Part shown: one piece after another, positions 26,180 to 38,445 of the stretch
Layout of the letters: each line of letters opens with the position of its first letter
How positions within the stretch are numbered: position 1 is the stretch's first letter
Origin: Scyliorhinus canicula
Taxonomy: Eukaryota
Direction: 5' to 3'
NCBI RefSeq assembly: GCF_902713615.1
Contig: NC_052172.1
Span: 6,119,337-6,183,336 of the forward strand
DNA: 64,000 nucleotides
Position numbers and translations under genes: made by a program
Notes under the pieces: model-generated
Seen by the model: the letters and a program-made list of their open reading frames with translations, nothing else
The model's database searches: none
Told to the model about the DNA's origin: nothing

Positions 26180-26560
26180 TTAAGAATAGGCCTGTATTCA
26201 CTGGAATTTAGAAGAATGAGAGGGGATCTGATTGAAATTATGTAAAATTCTAACAGGGCGGGACAGACTGCATGCGGGCATGTTGCTTCCTCTGGTTAGG
26301 GAAGGCCTAGAACATTGGCTGTCGGTTTCAAGATACGGCGTCAGCCAATTAGGATTGAGATGATGTGAAATTTCTTCATTGAAAGAGAGGTAAATCTATG
26401 GAATCCTCTGCCACAGGAGGATTGTTGGGGAAGGTTTCTGAATACATTTAAGGAGAACAGACTTCTAAACGGGGCAAGGGGTATGAGGAGGGAGCGGAAG
26501 TGAGGGGTTCAGTTAGAGAATAAGCCACGGGTAGACAAGTGGCAGATGAAGTTCAATGCA
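26180..26560 (+). mobile_element. CR1 LINE 3' fragments
   Basis: GLYSLEFRRMRGDLIE motif and downstream 3' region. Confidence 0.7.
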
Positions 26561-27686
26561 GAAAAGTGAGAGTATTTTATATTTATAGTCAAAGAGGTGT
26601 CGATCACATAAAAGGCCCTTCAGCCCATGATGTCCGCGCCAATCAAAAAAAACAGCGATCCAATTATTCTAATCCCGTTTTCCAGCTCTTGACTCATAGA
26701 TTTGCCTGCCTTGGGATGCAAGTGAGCAACAGAATCCTTCTTACATTTTATGAGAGTCTCTGCCTCCACATCACAGACAAGGTTTTGCAAATTGCCTTTT
26801 TGAATCGTTGCTGGATACCGGTTCAGGCCGGGATTTAAGGCTAATGTTACTCAACGACACATCAAGGGGCTCTGGTTAATGTTCTTGTCGGAAATGTTTC
26901 GAACTCAACGTGGCAGCTGACCGAATTTAAATTCAATTAATAAAAAATAAGTTTGTCTTTGAAATCTGCTCTCGGGACTGTTGGCATTTGAAATTATTGT
27001 CGATCGTTGTAAATACGTGTGATGCCAGATCAATGTGGTTGACTCTTAAATAACCCCTGAAATACCACTCAGTTTAAGGACAGTTAGGGATGGACAATAT
27101 TTGTTCACCTTGCCAGCGATGACTACGATTGTGAAACACGCCACGGCGTGACGCTGGTCAATTTGCTTTGCAATCCCTCCCAGCCTAATATATCCTTCTG
27201 GATGTGCGTTACCCAGCTCTAAGCGCAGTATTCCAGAGCTCTGGAACAACCTGTGGAAACTCCCTCCATATGCTATTCCAGATTCCACGTAGAAGGCTCG
27301 CATTCCATTAAAATTTGATTTCCTTTCCCCCTAAAACCGGGTGTGAGTGATTTGTGGAGCTGAACTCCTTTCCTCCTCCACAGTGTGTTGCCTCCAGCCA
27401 GTTAGAAGATGCACTGCTCTAAATTGCTAAGGACGATCTCAAATTCTATGTTTGCTTTGCTCTCTCGCTTCATCCGTTTATGGCCCCTTCGCAACTTCCT
27501 GCTCCCGCCTCGTCCTCTTCAGCCAATCATAGAAAGAGGGGCATGTCTTTCCGGCAGTGAGGGCGGGATTTTCTTGGACCTTTGAGGTTTCGTCAATGAT
27601 TTGACAGACCAGTTGAGTTACATGAAGACTGGTCTCTCTCTTGTTTCCGTTCATTTGTCCAACACAAGTAAAGTTTAACATTAAGG

Positions 27687-28143
27687 ATGTATGTGTTACT
27701 GAGCCTCACGGTGTTATTTCAATGTAAGTACAATCCTTTCGAATTTATTTTCCGTCTTTCTCACTTGTCTCCTTTCTTTCATTTTGCTCTTTCACGTTCG
27801 GAATGTCGTTATTTATTAATCTCCTGCTCACCCCATCTCTCTTTCATTCGTGAGCTCAATGAAAATCCACCAGACCCCGGCCGTTGTCTCTAAATTTATT
27901 GGGGAGAGAGTGAAACTGCATTGTGAGGCCGAGGGACACAGTGGAGGTTACATGTACTGGTACAGACAATATCCGGGGAAGGGGATTCACCTGATGCTTT
28001 ACTCCGGAGTTGCACCATACGCTGAACCAAAGGGGATGGTGGACAGTTTCACCGCCGAGCGACTGCATGGAGCCCAGTTCAACCTGGAGTCCTCCAGCCT
28101 GCGGGCGAATCACTCGACCGTGTATTACTGCGCCTGGAGTCTT
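27687..28143 (+). pseudogene. TRBV: TCR beta V, TRBV30-like; coding region intact but splice acceptor lost and RSS spacer shortened
   Basis: Leader 27687-27723 MYVLLSLTVLFQ|gtaag; acceptor tacag (16371 paralog) is ttcat here; V frame open KIHQTPAV..HCEAEGHSGGYMYWYRQ..YYCAWS. Confidence 0.8.
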
Positions 28144-28180
28144 CACAGTGACTCAGAGATGAAGAAATTCAACAAAAATC
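28144..28180 (+). other. Defective RSS, 21-nt spacer
   Basis: cacagtg + actcagagatgaagaaattca (21 nt) + acaaaaatc. Confidence 0.8.
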
Positions 28181-28869
28181 CCAAACGCAGCAGGAAACAG
28201 CTGTGAATGAAACGAAAAAATGTTATCGTGCAGCATTAGTGTGGGTTTAGCTTGAAGAGTGCATGCCATTTTGACACAAAGAAACTGAAAGCGCAGATTG
28301 ACTTAGAGTTTGAAAGAAGGAAGAAGTGCAGGGATGAATGGAAGTGAAATAAAAAGCAAGGATAAATGAAGCATTGAATGTAGAGTCAATGCAGGAAGGA
28401 CAGAAAGAAGGAACACGTGCAAAGGAAGTTTCCAGAATTTGCCAGTGATATCGATTAACTGGATAGATAAGAAAATATGCAATTATTCTGCTTAAAGCAA
28501 GCCGGGGTTGATCAGAATGGCAGCAGTGATAAGCAGCTTTAGTTATGTGGACTGACTAGAGAAGCTGGGGTTGCCTTTCCCAATGCAGGGAAGACACACA
28601 AGCAAGTCGTTTATAATTAAGAGGCTTTATGTTAGGCAAGGGACTGTTTTGATGTAAAATCCCCTGCTTGAAATTAGTTATAACATTTAGAGTTGAATCA
28701 GATATTTGGTGAAGCAGGAACCCTTCCAGAAAATACCAAGAGCAAAGAACAGAGAACAAAGAACAGAGAACAGAACAAAGAACAATAAAGCACATGAACA
28801 GGAACTTCAGCCCTCCCAAACCTCTACCGGTCATGATACCAACCTTTGGCAAAATCCTCAGCACTTTCT

Positions 28870-29230
28870 TGTGCCGTCTGCCTCTATATCCATCCTATCC
28901 ATGTGTTTGTCAAGATGCCTTTTTAACGCAGTCAATGTATCTGCTTCCACAGCCTCCCCTGACAATGCGTTCCAAGCACTCAGCACCCTCTGCCTAAAAA
29001 ACCTGCCTCGCGCATCGAAACTTTGCCCCACGGAACTTAAACATATTCCCCCTGATGACTAACCCCTGCACCCTGAGAAAGAGTGCCTGTCCATCCAGTC
29101 GATCCATGCCCATGAGGGGCTTGAATCTTGTAGACTCCTTGGAGATCACCCCTCAACGTCAGTCTTTCTAATGAAAACAGTACAAGTTTATTCAGACTCT
29201 CCGCATAGCAAACACCCGGCAAACCAGGCA
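28870..29230 (-). mobile_element. CR1 LINE 3' fragment
   Basis: Minus-strand LNKLVLFSLERLTLRGDLQGVYKI. Confidence 0.7.
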
Positions 29231-29232
29231 AC

Positions 29233-30070
29233 ATGCTGGTAAATGTCCTCTCTCTAAATGTCGGAAAGACCGAGGAACTGATCGACTTCAGGAACTGTAG
29301 CACAACATACTCTCCCGTCTGCAACAATGGCTCCGAAATTGATATGGTCGATAGCTTTACGCTCCTGGGGGTCACTATCATCAGCAGTCTGTCCTGGTCC
29401 ATTCATGTTGATGCAACAGTGAAGAAAGCTCAACAACGTCTCTACTTCCTCCGGAAGCTAAATAAATTTGGCATGTCTGCATCGACTCTCACAAACTTCG
29501 ACAGATGTGCGACAGAGAGCATCCTATCCGGCTGCATCAAAGCTTGGTATGGCAACTGCTCGGTCCAAGGTCGCAAGAAACTGCAAAGTCTGGTGAACTC
29601 AACCCAGCGCATCACACAAGCTTGCCACCCACTCATTGATTTTTATACAGCTCCCGCTGCCTGAGGAATGAAGACAGCATTATCAGAGACAGCTCCCACC
29701 CAGGCATTGCCTTCTTCCAGACCCTTGCATCAGGCAGAATTCTGAAGACCCGCATATCCAGACATAGGAACAGCTTCTTCCCCACAGATACAAGACTCAT
29801 CAACGACTCCCCCTCGGACTGATCTGTCCCTTGCAAGAATTCTATTCACGATGCCCTATACGGCTGTTGCTCCCTATTTGCTTTGTTTGGCCCTTGTTCG
29901 ACACTTTAACCAATCATTGTTTGTCGATGTGCTTTTTGTCAACGTTCTCTGTTGATTATTTTTTTGTCTACTATGGACTTACTGTGTACGTTCCCTCAGC
30001 CGCAGAAAAATACCTTTCACTGAACGTCGGTACATGTGACAATAAATCAAATCAAACAATCAATCAAGCA
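29233..30070 (+). mobile_element. Rex1/Babar-like non-LTR retrotransposon 3' fragment
   Basis: LNVGKTEELIDFR..SFTLLGVTI..LSWSIHVDATVKKAQQRLYFLRKL..ESILSGCIKAWYGNCS; (aatca)n tail near 30045-30075. Confidence 0.75.
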
Positions 30071-30084
30071 ATCAATAAACCGAC

Positions 30085-30300
30085 TGTGCAGCACGGTGGC
30101 ACAGTGGTTAGCATTGCTGTTTGGCGGCGTCGAGGTCCCGGGTTCAATCCCGGCTCTGGGTCACTGTCCATGTGGAGTTTCCACATTCTCCCCGTGTTTG
30201 CGTGGGTTGCGCCCCCACAACCCAAAGATATGCAGGGCAGATGAGTTGGCATACTACATTGCCACTTAATTGGAAAAAATAATTCGGTACACTTAATTAA
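30085..30300 (+). mobile_element. tRNA-derived SINE
   Basis: gcagcacggtggcacagtggttagc A-box, gggttcaatcc B-box. Confidence 0.8.
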
Positions 30301-31014
30301 AACAAAACGAAACCACGTCTGCACCCTCCCCAAAGCCTCCACATCCTTTTTGTTAATGTGGCGCCCATAATTGTGCGCAATATTCCAAATGCGTCGTTAC
30401 CAAGGGGGCATGGGTAATTGGGCAGCGATGGGCCGCATGGACTCCTTCTGTCCTGCTTGTAACAATGGGGGACCTCCATTAATACACCCGACACCGATCA
30501 TGGTTCCAGTTAGTCAGTGGAATCCATTCAATTCCAGAGGCCAAGCCACACCGAGTTTGGACTGGAGCTTACCATCGGCTCCCTTTTGTACACTGCCGAT
30601 TACGACAGCACCTGCACCTGAGCTCGGCCGATGGAACCCCCGGTTTTCTTGTCATGAATTTCCCCAAATCTCTCACAGAGCCCTGCGGAATATATCACAG
30701 CTGCCAGAGGGTGGCACTATTGTACTTCGGCACCACGAACAAGCCAAAATGCGCCAACCGCTGCTTCAATCCGCACCATTTGGGATGATGTTTAATTATA
30801 GAATCATAGAATTTACAGTGCAGAAGGATGCCATTCGGCCCATCGAGCCTGCACCGGCCGTAGGAAAGAACATCTTATTTAAGGCCGATTGACTCCTTGT
30901 CCACATTAAATCTAAAGGTGGTAGCCCGTGCCTCCTGGTCCAACATCGGAGACAATGTTCCACATTTCTTGGTATTCCATAATCCCATTCTCCATTTCTT
31001 GTGTGCATGAGATA

Positions 31015-31400
31015 CGGTAGCACAGTAGCACGGTAGCACAGTGGTTAGCACAGTTGGTTCACACCTGCCAGGTACCAGGTTCGATTCCCGGCTTGGGTCA
31101 CTGTCCGTGTGGAGTCTGCAGGTTCTCGTCGTGTCTGTGTGGGTTTCCTCCGGGTGCTCTGGTTTCCTCCCACAATCCAAAGATGTGCAGGTTAGGCCGA
31201 TTGGCCATGATAACTTGCCCTCCGTGTCCAAAACGTTTGGGTGGGGTTACTGGGTTATGGGGATAGGGAAGAGGTATGTGTGTGTGTGTGTGGGGGGGAG
31301 GGGGGGGGGGGGGGGAGAGGCGCTCTTGCCGAGAGCCGTTGCAGAATCAATGGGCCGAATGGCCTCCTTCTGCGCTGTAAATTCTATGATTCTATGAGAT
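31015..31400 (+). mobile_element. HE1-like SINE, full length with LINE-derived tail
   Basis: tagcacagtggttagc A-box, ggttcgattcc B-box, atgggccgaatggcctccttct..ttctatgattctatg tail. Confidence 0.85.
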
Positions 31401-31689
31401 GTCAGATACAAATTTTCCAAGTTCGTATCTTTGCTGCTCTGTTACAACACTTACCGTCCATATTGATCACATTGTATTGTTTTATACATGCTGGTTAAGT
31501 AAACACAAATAACTTACTGCTGACTAATCCGCTCAGCGGCTATATTTCCGGAGCACCATTCGAAATAATCCCAATTTTCCTCTTTGACAATCGGTGTGGT
31601 CTTTTTTCAAACACTACCTTTCAGAGCACTGCTCCTTCCTCAGGTAAATGAAGAGGTATGTTCCAGAAACATGGACAAAGTCAAAGATG

Positions 31690-31950
31690 CCAGACAATGC
31701 TTAGAATGCGTGCATTTGCAAGTAATTAAATTTTTACAGATCCAGATATAGGGGTAACCCTTGGTTAAAGAGGTGTGAATTGTCTCAAGCCAGGACAGTT
31801 GGTAGGATTTTGCAAGCCCAGGCCAGATGGTGGGGGATGAATGTAGTGCGACATGAATCCCAGGTCCCAGGTTGAGGTCGCACTCATGTGTGCGGAACTT
31901 GGCTATAAGTTTCTGCTCAGCGATTCTGCATTATTTTGTGTCCTGAAGGA
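31690..31950 (-). mobile_element. Penelope-like element, GIY-YIG C-terminal fragment
   Basis: Minus strand reads LQDTK..RIAEQKLIAKFRTHEC.LN..LGFMSHY, resembling the end of PLE endonuclease ORFs (recalled). Confidence 0.6.
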
Positions 31951-32074
31951 CAAACTCAATTCCTACTCAAGTCAATGTATTCACCCCTGATCAGTGAATA
32001 ATGAGGCAGGGGAATGTCGATGTTCAGTAAAGTTAATCTTCCAGTGTAAGGCTTTCCCATTGCACTCCAGGTAT

Positions 32075-32086
32075 GCTGACGTCAGC
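32075..32086. promoter_or_regulatory. Palindromic CRE site upstream of V leader 32402
   Basis: gctgacgtcagc about 320 bp upstream of the ATG; CRE-like decamers are established TCR Vbeta promoter elements. Confidence 0.45.
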
Positions 32087-32401
32087 GATATCCCCAAATG
32101 CGGGGTACACGCATGCAGAAAAAATATATAGATGGTAAGGAGGAGAGAAGAAGTAATTATGGATGAGACGGGCGAAAGCAGCGAGGAGTTGCTTGGACGA
32201 TCTTGCGAAAGAAGCAATGCTCCCAGCGGAAATGCTCCTCCTGTTCTGTTTGCCGACTTGCGTACTCCAGTCACATGATTAACCGACCACGTGCGAGGTT
32301 CTGTTCGTCATAACTTGTGGCATTTCCAATGCTTGGCGAGTATTTTGACAGGTGCTGTCTTATCGCTGAGTAACTCTGTATCTCAACTCCTGAGGAGGGC
32401 G

Positions 32402-33333
32402 ATGGCAATGTCAGCTGAAACGGTCACCATATTTCTCACCTTTTCTTTCGGACACTGGATTCGTTGTAAGTTATGGCTGTCGAAATAGTTACCAACAGCA
32501 AAAGGGGTGGAATCGCAGTTATCCGCAAATGGCCGTCTAGTCGATACTAAATGAAGTTGAATCAATGCTTCAGGTGGTAATGGGCAGATCTGGAGGGCAT
32601 TCGTTAAAGGCAGGGCCCAGTTAAACTAATTTGCCTTCTAAATGCTGCCATTGAATTCGGGCGTCGGTAGTAATGTAGGAGTTTGTCTCTCACATGTATG
32701 CCAGGCATGGGCGGCAAAGTTCTTTCCCTAAGGTTCTTTGGTGTTCCGGGTGGGGTTTTACAACGATGGATGATCGTTTGATGATGGCAATCACTGAGAC
32801 GAGCTTCTATTTCCACATTTCTGTTAAATGAATTAAGATTACAAAAAAACTGACGTGGGAGGATTCGGGCCCGTTCCCAGGGAGATTTACTGGGCCACTC
32901 AGCCCACCCTTCTTGCAAACAGGTGTCCGAGATGCAAATGGCCGAATTGCCTCATTCTTTACTTAAAACGTTTATAATTCTATGGCACCATTTTAATTTA
33001 CTGTTCTAAGCCCTTCGACCTTTTTGAAATATATTCTAGACGTTTGGTGTGCGCCCACTGTGGTCCAGTCTCCAGCAGCGTCTATTTTACCGGATCAGTC
33101 GTTCAGTTTCAGCTGCAGTTTGGAGGGAGCCAGCATGAGCAGCTACACAATGAACTGGTACCGGCAACAGGGCAAGGCAATCGCATGGATGTGCGGTGAA
33201 TTCGGTCGCTGTGGGCCAGGTTTGGAGGAACGGTTTACAGTGCAACACGAAGCCACAAACAATCGATTCATTTTGCAGCTGAGAGACTCCAAGCCGGGGG
33301 ACTCGGCGACCTACTTCTGTGCAGCTAGTTTAA
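32402..33333 (+). CDS. Ig-like C-x5-C family V segment, functional (leader 32402-32465; V exon 33040-33333)
   Basis: MAMSAETVTIFLTFSFGHWIR|gtaag...ctag|YVWCAPTVVQSPAA..FSCSLEGASMSSYTMNWYRQQGKAIAWMCGEFGRCGPGLEERF..DSATYFCAASL. Confidence 0.9.
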
Positions 33334-33372
33334 CACAGAGGCACAACCCTACTGTAGGCTGTTACAAAAACG
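33334..33372 (+). other. 23-RSS
   Basis: cacagag + 23 nt + acaaaaacg. Confidence 0.85.
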
Positions 33373-35151
33373 CCCGTTCCTTCCCTGATGCACTCACACC
33401 CATCTGTGTCACATACGAAGCTCAGAAAGACAATGAGCGTGTTTGTATTCCTCTGGCAAGTCACAACTCCAAGGCGTCCCAAAGCGCTCTGCAGCTCGCT
33501 CGTCACAGGGCATTACGGCAAAAGGGCGACTGTTAGTCCTATTAAATCTACGTCGCCTCTCTGTGGACCAATCCAGTTAGGCCCATTACCCACCTTTATC
33601 CCTGCAGCTCTGCAGTTTATTTCCCTAAAATGCCAATCAAATTTATTTTTCAATCCTAGAACGATGGAAATGGTACCACACCGAAAAGCGGCCATTCGGC
33701 CCTTCATGACCATGCCAACCTAAAGACACCATATGGCCTTTTAGTCCCATTTCCCCGTACACGCCCATACACGCTCTGTAGCTTGCAGCACTTGAGGTGC
33801 AGATCCAGGAACTTTTTAATTGAGTTTAGGGTCTGTGCCTCCACCACCAACTCAGGCAGCGACCTCCAGGCTGCCTCTGCAAAAACAAACTCATATCCCT
33901 TCTAATCTTTCTGCCACTTTTTGATTTGATTAATTGCCACCGTTTCTCCGGCCCTGGGCGGCGCCAGGTCCAGCTCTTTACATTGGCTGCGCCAGACTGT
34001 TTATCCTTATATTCCTCCTGTAACGTTTCTCCCAAAATTTTTCATCCATATCCTCGCGTTCTTCAACCATCAGTTAATGGGAACATATTTAATTGTCTAT
34101 CTTATCTAAAGGTTATAAGGGTGAGGGACGGGGTGGATCAGAATCGTGTTCTCCTCAGTTGAAACGTCAATAACGAGGGGGAGTAATTTTAAGGTGAGGG
34201 GCAGGAGGTTTAGAGGAAACCGTCTTTCACGTGGAAGGTCTCTAGAGTCTGCAGTGCACTCACTGGGAGATTAATAGAGACGGTAAACTCCCAATATTTA
34301 AAACGTGCGTGGATGAGCACCTGAAATTTCACAACATTCAAGGGCAAGTGTTGGAAAGTGGGATTCGTGCAGATTTGGTGTAGGTTTCTCGGTGCAGACT
34401 CGATGGACCAAAGGGTCTCTTCTGCGTGTTATGGCTCATTGACTCTATAGCTCTATGTCTATGATTGGCCTCAGGTTATTCACCTCTAAGACTCAATCTT
34501 TAATAACCCTTGTTCCAAGCACAACAAGCCGACAATCTGAACTGAGCATTATTAGTGAAATTCCTTCATCCAGGAACAATTCTCAAGGACTCTCATGTCC
34601 ATCCTGAAGTCTAGTGACGAGACCTGGACGCAATGCTCCAGCTACTGCCCAATTAGAAGGTGATAACGACTTTCTGATACTTCCCAGTTTTGTTCTCAAC
34701 ACGTCTATATGAAACAAGGACTCAAGCACTTGGTCGATCTCAGTGCGTTGCTTCTACATTTTGGAAGTTCAGACACTCCTTCAGTTTAGGAAAGGCGGCA
34801 GTTGCTTCTACAGAGGGCGACCACACAATTGGGCAACGCAAAGTCCAGCTCATGCTTTTCTTCAGTGCGATTCATTGCGAGGCAAACATTGCCAACACTG
34901 CAGCCCAGGCAGCCGAAAGTGACCGGCGAACTTTGGAGACCGCGTTCTGTACTGTCCCACGATTTCGAAAGAAAAATCACAAGCAAATGCCCGGTTTCTC
35001 ATTTGTTCAAACTGTTTTCCTGCGCGGCCCAGGGACACGATTGGTTGGCCGATCTTCAGGTGCAGATCTATTACATCCGGTTGCATTTCCGTTGAATCGC
35101 GACATTTACTAGTCACACATTATCCTTCCGCAGTCCCTCACAAGAAAGCAA

Positions 35152-35752
35152 ATGGATTTCTCATCAAGAACGCCCTTCATCTTTCTTAGCTTATGGATGG
35201 GACATTGGATATATTGTAAGTAATTTTCCCACAAATATTCTCTACCAACAATTAAAGACGGTGAAATTTATTAATAAGTGGAAGCAGCAAAACAGAATGG
35301 ATGCATAATCGCGGGATTTGCTGGGATATGGGCAAAATAGAGTGGGTGAAAGTAATTGAATGGCAATTTTAAGGAACTAGCAATCATGATGGTCTGAAAG
35401 GCCTTATAAAAATCTGTTGTTATAAGCGGCTTTTCTTTCTTCAAATCTGCTTTAGGGGTCCGGGCTGCACCCACTGTGGCCCAGTTTCCAGCCGCGGCTT
35501 CGATCCGACAGGAAGAGACCGTCAGTCTGCTCTGTAATTTGGTGGGAGATAGCATGAGCAGCTACACAATGTTCTGGTACAGAAAGAGAGGAGGCCCAAT
35601 CGAGTGGATTTGCAGCGGGTACGGTGGCTGCGGGCCCGAATTCCAGCAACGATTCACCGTCCATCTTGATGCTGGAAGCAACAAATTCACCCTGAATCTG
35701 AAGAACCCCAACCTGACAGACTCCGCGACCTACTTCTGTGCTGCGAGTAAAG
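35152..35752 (+). CDS. Ig-like C-x5-C family V segment, functional (leader 35152-35215; V exon 35456-35752)
   Basis: MDFSSRTPFIFLSLWMGHWIY|gtaag...ttag|WVRAAPTVAQFPAA..LLCNLVGDSMSSYTMFWYRKRGGPIEWICSGYGGCGPEFQQRF..DSATYFCAASK. Confidence 0.9.
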
Positions 35753-35791
35753 CACAGCGGTTCAAACCTGCCGCAAGCTAACACAAAAACC
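35753..35791 (+). other. 23-RSS
   Basis: cacagcg + 23 nt + acaaaaacc. Confidence 0.9.
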
Positions 35792-36857
35792 GTCTTTACC
35801 CCCTCTGTCTCATTCATTCCTAGGGCGACACCTGTGCAACCTTCTGAACGAATGTTGTGGGGAATTTCTGTGACAATGGTTCAGGGCCACGAACACACAA
35901 CCAATGAATCATCTCTGTTGAAGTGTACTAATTTCTGTTATCTAGGAGGTAGCATAACAAATTGTCCCACTAAAGGTGATATAGGAAGTCTTCAAAGATG
36001 TGCAGCTTAGGTGGAGTGACAATGCTAAATTGCCTCTTAGAGTCCAAAGGTTAGGTGGGGTTACAGCGATAGGGCAGGTATGGGGTCTGTGTAGGGTAGC
36101 CTTTCAATTGGTCATTGCAGTCTCGACGGGCCGAACGGCCTCCTTCTGCACTGTAGCGATACTACAATTCTATCCATTCGTGGAGATTGAGGGTACAAGC
36201 ATTTCCCTGGAGATTTCAGTGTGGAAACATCAACAGCACCTCAGCTCTAGACTTTAATGTCCGACTAGACATTCGTACTTCAGTGTCTGAGCTGAGACTC
36301 CAGTACATGCCCTCTGTCTCGAAGGCCAACACAAGCTGTCTTCAAGTGTTTTGGGGGAACTCCCCTGGACAACGTTTCTGAATCTTGCACAAAGTTAAAT
36401 GCTTTGTACAGACAATGGACTTCAGATTGTTGCTGGTCCACGGTGCCCTGTGAGCCCAAGTCCAAGGCAAATTTCAACATTGTTAACATTCCAGAGAAAC
36501 ACAGAAACCAACATGCATTCAGAAACCAGTTTACCGCGAAAACTCTGAATCTTTGAGGAAAATCTGTGGAACACTGAGACAGACTCGCAACGTTATCACC
36601 GCTTCTCTCTCCACGGATGCTGCCAGACCCGGTGAGGTTTTCCAGCGTTTTCTTTTCTTTCTTCAGATTTTCAACACCCGCCGATTTGTGCCTTTATTTT
36701 ATTGTCGCGTAAACGTGCCTACGTCATGCGGAAGGATGTCATTTCCGGGGGCAGTCTTTGGACTGTTTGTCTGCGCTAACGTACAGTCTGAATTAGAATC
36801 ACTTCGCGTGAGGACACACTCATAACAAGCATCAATTTTGGCATGTTCCATACAAAT

Positions 36858-38406
36858 ATGCAAATATATTTGATCTCTTTTACTTTATTTATTTCTCAGC
36901 CTTGTAAGTATCCTGCGTACGATTATATTAATGACGAGGGCGAAGTGATTGAGTGACATGTCTACCTGTTTTGTGAGGATACAAAGTCAAGAGGGAATGT
37001 AAGGTGTGAGCAGGATACAAAGAAGCGACCAAGAGACATTGACGGGTTAATTGAGCCGGAAATGTGGACGATGGGAGTGTAATGTGGGGAGAGTGAGTTT
37101 ATTTACTTCGGCTGTGAGAACCGAAAATTGACGCATTTTAGAAGGCGCCGATTTTCGAAATGTTTATGTTCAGGGAGACTTGTGTGTACTCCCGTGAATA
37201 ACACAGAAACCTAGTGGTCGTTTACAACAAACAAGTAGAAAGGCAAAAAGAATATTGGTCATTACTGGACGGGAATAGAGTACACAAATAATTCTGACCT
37301 GCCCCATATGTATCGTGCGTTGGTGATACCATACCATTGATGCTGCCTGCAAGTTTGGTGCCCGTATACACAGAACTATTTTCGGCATTGTAGAGAAGAT
37401 TGCCTGGATTCGGTGTTCGAATGACAAAGGTTTACTGTGATGGGAGAAGGGATAACTTGGAGTTATGCTCTCGTGTTTAGAAGAATGAGAGATGATTTTG
37501 ATGAAACTGACGCAGTTCTGAAGGGATTTGACAGGGTGGGAACTTCGAGATAGTGTTTACTCTGGCTGGGAAATCTCGAACACGGGGCCGCCGACTGAAG
37601 ATAAGGGGCGATAAATTAGGGCTGCTATGGGGACAAATTTCTTCATAGACAGGTTTGTGAATCTTCGAAATTCTGTAACTCAGTGGATTTCGGATCCTGC
37701 ATTACTGAGTATCTTCAAGGCTGTGCTGGATAAATGTTTGAAAAATGCGGAAATCAAGGCATTTGCAGGGGGGACGGGAACATTTTTTGACATTCTTGCA
37801 AATAGTATATGTGTATCGCACTAGGACATTGTTTAGACTGAACTAACATTCTTTGACGCCTGGACAATATTCAGTCAATGAATTCGATCATCGTCGGAGT
37901 TGGCTTTGTACTCATCGATTGATATTTAATTGCTTCAACGATAGGTTGATTGTTCAATTGTTTAATATTTACTAATGCAGGTAGGGTTAACCAGAAATGC
38001 TTTACACATGTTTCTATGAACGGCTGAGGTTTTATTAGAGATTGCCGAAGTGGCCTTACTCTGTGTGATAATGTTCAATGAAACCACTTCATTTTTTGTT
38101 TAGATCCAGCGCAAGGACTGCAGCCTCGACAAAGTCCACTCGCACTGGTGGTAGCAGAGGGTAATCAGGCTACAATGAACTGCCATGAGCAGGAGTCCAC
38201 TCCTCAATCCATGCTCTGGTACCGCCAATCAGCTGGCCAGGGGTTCACTTTGATCGGGTACATTTCGATTGGAGGAAATGCCCGTTATGAGGAGCAAGAC
38301 CAAACCCGTTATAAAATCACCGGTGACGGCGATAGAAGCTCTGCTTTGATGCTGCAGCAAGCTGCACCTGCAGACACGGCAGTGTATTTCTGTGCAACGA
38401 GTGCGG
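36858..38406 (+). CDS. TRBV: TCR beta V segment, functional, CATS family (leader 36858-36903; V exon 38104-38406)
   Basis: MQIYLISFTLFISQP|gtaag, 1.2-kb intron, tttag|YPAQGLQPRQSPLALVVAEGNQATMNC..MLWYRQSAGQGFTLIGY..DTAVYFCATSA. Confidence 0.88.
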
Positions 38407-38445
38407 CACAGCGGTGTAATCTGGCGCAATGCCCCGTCAAAAACC
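38407..38445 (+). other. 23-RSS
   Basis: cacagcg + 23 nt + tcaaaaacc. Confidence 0.88.

Noticed and set aside
31265-31320. G-runs and (CA/GT)n tracts (also 45160, 57420, 60300) as G4/Z-DNA regulators
   Set aside because: Mostly inside SINE/LINE copies or simple microsatellites; no positional conservation relative to V genes
30085-31400. tRNA genes
   Set aside because: A/B boxes belong to SINE heads with no complete cloverleaf
33040-35752. IgNAR or NAR-TCR V identity for the C-x5-C family
   Set aside because: About 25 residues between W41 and the RF motif, longer than the C'/C''-deleted VNAR; FR1 lacks the VNAR pattern; extra Cys lie in CDR2, not CDR1/FR2
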